A DNA stretch of 32,000 nucleotides from Promethearchaeum syntrophicum (GTDB lineage: Archaea; Asgardarchaeota; Lokiarchaeia; Sigyniarchaeales; Promethearchaeaceae), in assembly GCF_008000775.2 (NCBI RefSeq), contig NZ_CP042905.2, forward strand, positions 3,360,001 through 3,392,000, read 5' to 3'. Positions 24,890-32,000 of the stretch are shown here, piece after piece. The position numbers and the translations under genes are program-made. The notes beneath the pieces were generated by a model, which was not told where the DNA came from, did not search any database, and saw only the letters and a list, made by a program, of their open reading frames with translations. The number at the start of each line of letters is the position of its first letter. Within the stretch, counting starts at the first letter, position 1.

Positions 24890-26695
24890 CTACTCTGATT
24901 TTACTGTGTTCTCCAAAAACGATATGAATTCCTCTTGGTTATGTTCCGGTAAATAATCAAGTTGTTTAGCTAGAAATTTGTGTTGCTTTTCAGAAATGGG
25001 GAGTGCATAAATTCTTCGTAACATAACAAGATTATCTTCATCAAATCTCTTATTTACACGTTCTAACTCATCTAAATATTTTAATTGTTTTTCATACGTT
25101 AAATAAATAAAAGATTTGGCAACTTCCGCTTTTTCATCTTCTTCAATTTGCAAATCTAGTAATCTTCTTCTGACATCTGGCTCCAATACTGTAAAAATTC
25201 GTTTTTCGTAAAAAGAAAATTCATCCTTTTTTATTGGTTGTTCTGGAGGCGATTTTTGAATTGGGGCAGAAATAGGTGTTATGGTATCTAAAGGTTTTCC
25301 GGTATTAGGATCGAATTTTCGTTGTTTTCTTCCTTGTTCTGAAAATCCTTCAACATCTTCTGAATCTTCTCCTTTTTTCCCCTTAGCAACCAAATGAAAA
25401 CGAAGTTTTCCTATATCAATTTTTGTGGGTAATGGTTTCTTTAGCTTTTTTACACTATTTCTTAGATCTATATATCCGATACCAAGTATTAAAAGTAAAA
25501 CTCCCATTCCGTAGCTCAAGGATAACGCACCAACTATGATTAAAATTATTGCCTTATCTTCAGGGAAATTTTCAATATTATCTTTTTTAATCAACGGGAA
25601 AATTTTAATATTTAACATTACTACTATTACAGAGCCAGATATTATAACATATAGCAGATAGCCTAAAGACCCTGATCCTCCGCTTAATGAATTTCCTATA
25701 TTAGTTAAGATTGCTGAGAAGAAGTATACTAAAGTTAAAGGTTTTAGAACGATAATGATACTTTTATAAATTTCTCGTTTCCAAAGAGTAGAACCAAAAT
25801 CGTCATCTTGGAGTGCAGGATGAAGGGGATTTTGATGTTTCGTAATCTGAATATATTGAATTAAATGCAAGATTCCACGAGCCAGGATAAAAACTCCAAT
25901 CCCAAATGAGTGCAAGGAAAAGGTTCCGACTATAATCATTGGAATTCCGACGTGGTCTACTTTATTTTGTTTTTCTCCAGGAATAATTGTTTTAAGATCA
26001 TATCGTATAACGAAACCCTCGATTACAATTGATCCCAATGCATAAAATACTCCTGACCAGGAATTTGTAATCATAGAAATAATAGTAACTATAAAAATAA
26101 AGGCATAATAGAAGGGAGATAATTGAATCAGTACATCTAATGCTGTATTGAATCCGTGCTCAACATCAGCAATTTTTTTTGGTGATTCCTCAATAAGAAC
26201 AGTTCTTTTAGCACTTCCTTCAGAGTCAGTGGAAGAAACAGTTTCGATATTTACATGAACCCTTGGACTTTTGATTTTAGATATTTGAGCTTGTGTTAAT
26301 TCATTGGCTTTTTGTCTCTGTTTTTGGATTATTTCTCTGTTTTTCTGTACTACTTGCTTTGATTTGGCTTTCCATTTCTTTTTCTGGGTTGTAAATTCAT
26401 CTTTTACAGTATTTTTCCAGCGATTAAATTCAGTTTTCCATTTCAGCCATTGATCTTCTTCTTTACTAAGTTTCTTTTTTTCTGCTGTATCTTGCTTTTT
26501 GGAATCTGATTTGATTAGCGGTTTAACATCACCTTTTTTTGAGTCTATACCTGTAAAAGGAAAGCCACAATTCTCGCAATAGGCATTAGAACCATGCATT
26601 ATAAGGTCAACTAACTCAGGTGTAATTTTTGAGCCGCACTCGGGGCAGGAAATAGATTTTTGCCCTGTATTTTCTTCTGGCATATTTTTTTTCAC
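24890..26695 (-). CDS. Zinc-ribbon plus polytopic membrane protein with a C-terminal cytosolic helical domain (family member P2)
   Basis: The ribbon is CPECGSKITPELVDLIMHGSNAYCENCG. A ~140-aa K/Q-rich linker follows, then a ~230-aa TM region with repeated IIVGxxSxxxxGxGxxxxxxG helices like P1, then a ~150-aa soluble tail. The track start at 26695 is GTG; the ATG at 26683 is equally plausible. Confidence 0.65.
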   Translation of the reverse strand: MKKNMPEENTGQKSISCPECGSKITPELVDLIMHGSNAYCENCGFPFTGIDSKKGDVKPLIKSDSKKQDTAEKKKLSKEEDQWLKWKTEFNRWKNTVKDEFTTQKKKWKAKSKQVVQKNREIIQKQRQKANELTQAQISKIKSPRVHVNIETVSSTDSEGSAKRTVLIEESPKKIADVEHGFNTALDVLIQLSPFYYAFIFIVTIISMITNSWSGVFYALGSIVIEGFVIRYDLKTIIPGEKQNKVDHVGIPMIIVGTFSLHSFGIGVFILARGILHLIQYIQITKHQNPLHPALQDDDFGSTLWKREIYKSIIIVLKPLTLVYFFSAILTNIGNSLSGGSGSLGYLLYVIISGSVIVVMLNIKIFPLIKKDNIENFPEDKAIILIIVGALSLSYGMGVLLLILGIGYIDLRNSVKKLKKPLPTKIDIGKLRFHLVAKGKKGEDSEDVEGFSEQGRKQRKFDPNTGKPLDTITPISAPIQKSPPEQPIKKDEFSFYEKRIFTVLEPDVRRRLLDLQIEEDEKAEVAKSFIYLTYEKQLKYLDELERVNKRFDEDNLVMLRRIYALPISEKQHKFLAKQLDYLPEHNQEEFISFLENTVKSE

Positions 26696-27010
26696 TAGGT
26701 TAATTCTTAAATTTTATAAGATTTTTCTCATTCTTATGTTATTTTTAGACCAGTCGTTATCAGATGAATTTACAAAAAGATTCCTATGTATAATTTTTAT
26801 GTAGATCGTTATGAAATTTTCGAAAAATGATCTCTTAGAAAAAACACAATGATTTTTTGTATATTTTCTAACTGAGACACTTCAAATACTTTTTTTTACT
26901 TTTAATAAATAGGATAATCTTACAATAATATCGTATTTTAAATATTTAATATAAGAAGTATCTTACAAGCAACAAACAAAAATCACACGTTATTAATAGT
27001 TCTACAGATG

Positions 27011-27050
27011 GAGTCGGTTTCCCCCAACCGGCTCTGTCTTTTCTCTTTTT
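27011..27050 (+). other. GC-rich stem-loop (9 bp, 6-nt loop) followed by a T-rich tract, in a divergent intergenic region
   Basis: GAGTCGGTT (27011-27019), loop TCCCCC, AACCGGCTC (27026-27034), then TGTCTTTTCTCTTTTT. It is the only GC-rich island in the 540-bp AT-rich spacer, and no upstream + strand gene is present for it to terminate. Confidence 0.3.
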
Positions 27051-27236
27051 AAATTCCTTTGCTTATTTAATAATAATTTCTTATTAGAATTTAATAATTG
27101 TAGTAAAAATTTTATTATTATTATCTTTGACGTCTCCTAGTCTAACTTATTCCAAGATAAAAAGAAGAGAATTAAAATTTAGAATGATAACAAATGATAA
27201 AAATTTAAATAACATTGTTATCATTAATTTATTAAT

Positions 27237-28316
27237 ATGAGAATTTTCAACATTAAAAATAAAATTAACCTAATCAAATCGTTTATCGTGGGAGTATTGT
27301 GGTCTCTTTGGATCTATCTTTGGTTTTTTCATCGATCTTTTATTCTTGGACCTAGGTTTTTTAATCCTTGGGAATATGGTTTTCCATTCAATTATATTAT
27401 AAGTGTATTTACTTTGTATTCGATCTTATATTTACCACAATATAGCGATAATACCAAGTTAAGTCTCATGTATTTGTTGAAGATCTGTATTTATGAATTG
27501 ATAAATATATTAGTCCTCTATGTGGTTTATTTGCAAAATGAATTGATCCCTATAATCATCCTTATCCTATTTCTAAATTTTATCATTGTATCGAGAGCGA
27601 AATATACACAATTAAGGTTTTGGGAGAAATATAAATCCACAATAATATTTAGAGTTAAAAATGAAACCAAAATTAAAGAAAATCATATTAAATTATTCAT
27701 TTTCATCTTTTTAGGAGTCATTCTTCTCAACTTGAGTGGTATTTTTTTTGATGGTGACGGAGATTTAATTTACATTTTATTTTCTATGACACAAATCGTG
27801 TTTTCGGTAGGATATTTCTTATGTGTTTCAGAAAATAGAAAATGGATAGATCGGACTTACGATTTTCTAGCGATATTAGTTCTCAATTTCATCAATCTTA
27901 CCCTTAAGTATGTATTGTGGTCTTACGTAAATCTGTATATGCCAGATGATTGGGTATTTTGGATTGTAGCCTTTTCACTTGAACTTTTTCAAGTGTATAT
28001 CTATTATTCCTTCTTTTCTCGGACCTATCTTGCAGATTTCTCTATTAATCTTCACAAAATACCGGATCCCTTGAAAAAATCTTCAAAAGAACTTACAGTG
28101 CAGGAACAAAGTTACTGCCCAAAATGTGGAAATGAGATTGAACTATTGGATTCTTCAATCGAAAAGGAAAATTCTACTATTTATTGCCCATTTTGTGGTG
28201 AAAAAATAATTAAATATGAATTATTAGATATTTCTGAGGCAGAATTACTCATCAAACATCAAAAAGTTATGCAGCAATTGGATAATAAAAGTGAACCTCG
28301 TTCTTATCTTCCATAA
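27237..28316 (+). CDS. Polytopic membrane protein with a C-terminal zinc ribbon (family member P3, inverted architecture)
   Basis: About 8 TM segments are followed by CPKCGNEIELLDSSIEKENSTIYCPFCGEKI. This has the same CxxCG-x(17-20)-YCxxCG spacing as P1 and P2, but at the opposite terminus. Confidence 0.6.
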   Translation: MRIFNIKNKINLIKSFIVGVLWSLWIYLWFFHRSFILGPRFFNPWEYGFPFNYIISVFTLYSILYLPQYSDNTKLSLMYLLKICIYELINILVLYVVYLQNELIPIIILILFLNFIIVSRAKYTQLRFWEKYKSTIIFRVKNETKIKENHIKLFIFIFLGVILLNLSGIFFDGDGDLIYILFSMTQIVFSVGYFLCVSENRKWIDRTYDFLAILVLNFINLTLKYVLWSYVNLYMPDDWVFWIVAFSLELFQVYIYYSFFSRTYLADFSINLHKIPDPLKKSSKELTVQEQSYCPKCGNEIELLDSSIEKENSTIYCPFCGEKIIKYELLDISEAELLIKHQKVMQQLDNKSEPRSYLP

Positions 28317-28337
28317 AATCTCACACGGGTGAAATCT

Positions 28338-28592
28338 ATGGGCAAATCAAGTCAAGAAAAAATCGAATACGCACAGCAATTATTAAGCGCGGATATTCCT
28401 TACCGGGAAATTCAGGAATATTTGAAATTGCGATTCGGATCCGGGATGTCAAATACAACCTTGCAAAAACTTCAAGATGAACATGATGAAATCACGCGTT
28501 TAAAAGAAGAATTAAAACGGTGCAAATATCAGTTAGATCTCTACAAACGACTGTATAATGAATTACTTGAAAAATTGCAGGGGAAACTTTAA
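28338..28592 (+). CDS. Small protein with a putative N-terminal HTH and a C-terminal coiled coil
   Basis: It starts 21 nt after the P3 stop; the alternative GTG at 28329 is 12 nt after it. PYREIQEYLKLRFGSGMSNTTLQKL resembles a helix-turn-helix, and ITRLKEELKRCKYQLDLYKRLYNELLEKLQ shows heptad-like periodicity. Confidence 0.45.
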   Translation: MGKSSQEKIEYAQQLLSADIPYREIQEYLKLRFGSGMSNTTLQKLQDEHDEITRLKEELKRCKYQLDLYKRLYNELLEKLQGKL

Positions 28593-28787
28593 TGAATTCA
28601 CGAATTACTCCTAAATCGTTTTTTATCATACATTAGTTTATATTCGTTGTTTGCTAATATCTAAAAGTAGAAGAAGAAAAAGTTAAGTCTCGAATCATAT
28701 TATGAAATAAAAAGATGCCTAATCGAATGAAAATCAAGTTATTTTTCAAGTTTATGAAGAAAAAAAAAAAAAGGATAATGAATAGCA

Positions 28788-31700
28788 ATGAGCAATCTTT
28801 TGGGTTTTTACCTTAATCAAACAAGACGTGGGATTAAACGATCTTATATTGTTATTTTTTCCATTGGGTTGGCATTATCCATGGTTTGGGCAGTAAATTT
28901 TACCATTGAAGGTGGATTATCTGAAAGATTTCCCACGGAATTTTCTAATGCAGAAGATTTTATTATCCAAACCCGTCAAGTTGGAAATGTTAGTAATGCA
29001 GAAATTGTACAAGAAATTTCAACATTAAATGAAACTTTACGAGATACTCCAGAAGAAGAATGTAAAAATGGGTTAGAATATAACAGTTATTCTTTCTTAG
29101 ATTTGAAGATTGATGGAGGGAGTTTTGGTGCCCGTCCAGATGCAACACGAATCATTGAAAGATATAATTTCCTTAAAGCAAATGTCCATTTTTTAATTTA
29201 TGAACCCTCTTACTTTTCTTCCTACCGGTTTCAAGCGTTATTTAATATCTTGGAAGGGGTTTATCCATCCTCACCAGATGAAGTATTAGTCCCTTATCTA
29301 TTCAAAGAATTTTTTTTTTACCAGCTTGGTGACACCCTTGATATGGATTTTTTTCTAGGAGATATTCTACTAAGATCCGCAGATATGTATCCAATTAACA
29401 ATTCCATTACATTTGGCTTAGAAGGGGATTATCAAATCTTCCGTTTAAATGGGAGTACGATAGCTGGATTCTATGCCCCAAAAATTGAAGATATTACGTT
29501 ATTGGGATATGAGTATAATTTTTATGCAACAGATCAAACTTTTTTACAATCCACGGGATATGATTGGCGCATAACAGAGTTTTACCAGACTCCCCTCTTT
29601 TTTAGTTCAGATTTTAGTGATGATGATTTAGATGTCCACCCTGTGATAGATTTATATTCACAATTAAACCAAAATGAAACTTTCTACGAATTATTAGTGG
29701 ATAATGTTTGGTCTCCGTCACTTTCTTTCACAAATGACTTAATCCATTTTGGAAATTGTATTGAAATCGATCGAGCATTTTTAATCCATGATAAAACCAT
29801 CCAATTAAAAAATCAAATTCTTGACTTGGATAATATTTTGACAAACAATTTGGCTTTAGATTATATTGTTTTTAACCGAATGTCTTCTGAACTGAGCGAA
29901 ATAATGGACCAGCAATCAAGGACGAGATTTCTAAGCCTGTTGATAAATATACCGGTGATGATTTTTTCTCTTTTTATTTCGATTATGAACATTCGGGCTT
30001 CAGAATCTAGTCGGATATCAGACCTATTCCAATTAAGTATTAAAGGAATGACTAAAAAACAAATAAAAGAACAATTGGGTTTTGAAATTGTTTTTGTTGG
30101 AATTTTTAGTAGTATTATTGGGTTCATCTTGGGAGCAGGTTTTTTCTTTTTTATCAGATCCAGTTTATCCCCCATATTTTTCCCAACTTTGACACCTAAG
30201 CAAATTCCTTTGATTATTTCACCTATTTGGGTAGGAATCACGATATTGATAGGTGTGATAATCTCATTCTTTTCCTATAAGCCCACTTTGAAGATTATAA
30301 AATATACAGAAGTTGGAGATATGGCAGAAGCAATTGAAACCAAAGATCTCCAAGCGATCTATAACGAAAAAACAACTTACGAAAACCTTACTCCTCAGAT
30401 CCAAAGGAAAAAACCATTGGAAAAACATAATAATAAGAACAAAAAGAAAAAAGACCAATATGAAGATTCTATTGTTAATACGGAAAAAAAAATTCCGAAA
30501 TGGTCCTATCTCTTGGTACCAACTATATTAATTCCCATTTTTCTATTCGTCTCCGCCAATTATGCCATAGATCATCCTGTTGGACAATTTTGGATAGACT
30601 TAGTTGGTAATATGTATTACGATTTCAGAACTTATTTGGTTATTGTCTTAGGAGGAACGATTCTTTTAAGTGTCTATGGATTATATCGGTTTTTTATAGT
30701 AGAATCACCTCGTCGGATGGCAAAATTAACCAAATTCTTATCAAAACCATTAACCCGAAGATTGGATTATATTTTTGGATTGGAAATGGTCAGAAGGCGG
30801 GAATTTCGTTATATAATCTTATTAGTCTCAATTTTTACAAGTTTATCTGTAATGATAAATCCAATAACAGTTTCTCTTCAAAGTTATCCTATTTTAGTCG
30901 AAAATTTAAATGTTGGAGGGGATATTAAAGTTGAAGTAGAATTTGACCAAGGAGGGATCCAAGATTCTAATTTTTTTCCACAATTTAAGATAGATCTTCA
31001 AACGAATATCAGCCAAAAGCTAAATACTCAAATCGGGGACAATACATATGTTATGAGCCAAAATCCCGAATTTTATTATCAAGGTGAAGAAGAAGAAATT
31101 GTACATCCCACTTCCTATTATTTAAATTTTCCCGAATACTTGACCACAATTTCTTCTAAGAATAAAATTTTACCTGACGATGAGATTTCCCAAAGCCTAG
31201 AAGTAACCATAGAGTATAATGAACACGCAGAAAAAGATCAAGTTGGTTTGATTTTATCCCACTATTTTAGTTATTATGATGATGTTTCACAATATGAGAA
31301 TTTCTATCTTAATTTCTCTTATTTTAATCATATAACCGAGAAAATCGAAAGTAAGTGGTTGGAATGTGAAGTTATCGCCCGTGTGAATTATATGCCGGGA
31401 CTCTATAATCACTATTCCCGATATAATTCAGGTAGTAATTTATTTTTAGACATCTCTCAGGTACTCCCTCCCAACTGCACGGTTTATTCTTTAAAACATA
31501 CTTATTTATTAAATCTTGAACATCAAACCGAAATTCCTTTAGATTTTGCACAAGATCTTAAGATGAAAATACAAAACTATGCGAAATTCAGTTCTGTATA
31601 TTTATATAATTATGAATGGTTGGAATATTCTCGAGGATTTGTAATACTTAAAACTAAAATGGGCTACAGTCTTTATTCTTTGTTAGTTATTGGGCTTATT

Positions 31701-32000
31701 TTAGGGATCGGGCAAGGATTAATTTTTACCCAGACATCAAAAGCTAATAACCAATTTCATGGAAATTTAATGGTTCGCGGAGTAGCAAAGAAACAGATCT
31801 TTAAATTTGGATGCACTCAATTAGGACTCTTTATCGGGTTTGCTATAGTCTTTTCGATTACAAGTGCGGTGATACCTCTCATAAGTGCCCTTCGATTTTC
31901 CCAGATTACTTTTATGTTTGAACATTATGCTTATATGGGTTCACCGTTTACGATACAATATCCTATTTTCGTCAATTGGGGAATTCTATTTGGAAATATA
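28788..32000 (+). CDS. Very large ABC-transporter permease of the FtsX/MacB type, with two FtsX 4-TM modules and two large extracytoplasmic domains. At least 1071 codons are present and the C-terminus lies beyond the window end.
   Basis: This is my own translation from the ATG at 28788; the ORF is absent from the track because no stop is reached. The frame stayed open through 32000, checked codon by codon. N-terminal sequence is MSNLLGFYLNQTRRGIKRSYIVIFSIGLALSMVWAV. The first FtsX module is RTRFLSLLINIPVMIFSLFISIMNIRASESSRISDLFQLSIKGMTKKQIKEQLGFEIVFVGIFSSIIGFILG. The second is LYSLLVIGLILGIGQGLIFTQTSKANNQFHGNLMVRGVAKKQIFKFGCTQLGLFIGFAIV. Confidence 0.75.
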   Translation, partial: MSNLLGFYLNQTRRGIKRSYIVIFSIGLALSMVWAVNFTIEGGLSERFPTEFSNAEDFIIQTRQVGNVSNAEIVQEISTLNETLRDTPEEECKNGLEYNSYSFLDLKIDGGSFGARPDATRIIERYNFLKANVHFLIYEPSYFSSYRFQALFNILEGVYPSSPDEVLVPYLFKEFFFYQLGDTLDMDFFLGDILLRSADMYPINNSITFGLEGDYQIFRLNGSTIAGFYAPKIEDITLLGYEYNFYATDQTFLQSTGYDWRITEFYQTPLFFSSDFSDDDLDVHPVIDLYSQLNQNETFYELLVDNVWSPSLSFTNDLIHFGNCIEIDRAFLIHDKTIQLKNQILDLDNILTNNLALDYIVFNRMSSELSEIMDQQSRTRFLSLLINIPVMIFSLFISIMNIRASESSRISDLFQLSIKGMTKKQIKEQLGFEIVFVGIFSSIIGFILGAGFFFFIRSSLSPIFFPTLTPKQIPLIISPIWVGITILIGVIISFFSYKPTLKIIKYTEVGDMAEAIETKDLQAIYNEKTTYENLTPQIQRKKPLEKHNNKNKKKKDQYEDSIVNTEKKIPKWSYLLVPTILIPIFLFVSANYAIDHPVGQFWIDLVGNMYYDFRTYLVIVLGGTILLSVYGLYRFFIVESPRRMAKLTKFLSKPLTRRLDYIFGLEMVRRREFRYIILLVSIFTSLSVMINPITVSLQSYPILVENLNVGGDIKVEVEFDQGGIQDSNFFPQFKIDLQTNISQKLNTQIGDNTYVMSQNPEFYYQGEEEEIVHPTSYYLNFPEYLTTISSKNKILPDDEISQSLEVTIEYNEHAEKDQVGLILSHYFSYYDDVSQYENFYLNFSYFNHITEKIESKWLECEVIARVNYMPGLYNHYSRYNSGSNLFLDISQVLPPNCTVYSLKHTYLLNLEHQTEIPLDFAQDLKMKIQNYAKFSSVYLYNYEWLEYSRGFVILKTKMGYSLYSLLVIGLILGIGQGLIFTQTSKANNQFHGNLMVRGVAKKQIFKFGCTQLGLFIGFAIVFSITSAVIPLISALRFSQITFMFEHYAYMGSPFTIQYPIFVNWGILFGNI

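Noticed and set aside
29861-30531. Track ORFs 29861..30241 (-), 30264..30458 (-) and 30313..30531 (+).
   Set aside because: All three lie inside the long FtsX-permease reading frame (28788..32000, +), either in other frames or on the other strand. The permease frame carries clear family motifs, so these are shadow ORFs.

Overview
The window is a very AT-rich (about 30% GC by eye, not computed), gene-dense archaeal chromosomal segment. Archaeal identity rests on TFB, Gar1, ribosomal protein eS26, an archaeal-type ThrRS with an N-terminal editing domain, Taw1, and an archaeal-type EngB GTPase. The presence of eS26, three Roadblock/LC7 paralogs, an integrin-like FG-GAP propeller and many lineage-specific zinc-ribbon membrane proteins suggests an Asgard (Lokiarchaeia-like) genome. 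That lineage call is inference only.

I support about 27 CDS. Two of them are edge-truncated ORFs missing from the ORF track: a class I fumarate hydratase-like gene at 1..614 (- strand) and a giant double-FtsX permease at 28788..32000 (+ strand). I found no rRNA, tRNA, CRISPR array or recognisable transposase or integrase.

The regions worth a second look are:
- A 445-bp ORF-free, GC-elevated, helix-rich stretch (about 9790..10063) that looks like a structured RNA of unresolved class.
- A Roadblock/LC7 triplet (10191..13172) split by a RelE-like gene that is translationally coupled to an unusually large 330-aa partner. It is flanked by phased repeat elements in both divergent promoters: a 4 x 11 bp GTGATGA array and a 2 x 15 bp TATA-containing repeat.
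- A cluster (21.0-28.6 kb) of three paralogous or analogous zinc-ribbon polytopic membrane proteins, interleaved with a CPBP intramembrane protease, a double-wHTH protein and a small HTH protein. I propose this, speculatively, as a membrane-tethered signalling or regulated-proteolysis module.
- A PIN-nuclease fusion protein and a 632-aa orphan flanking mobB.
- A Taw1 radical-SAM enzyme carrying a wHTH-like insertion.

All functional calls come from motif reading by eye. No database searches were run.
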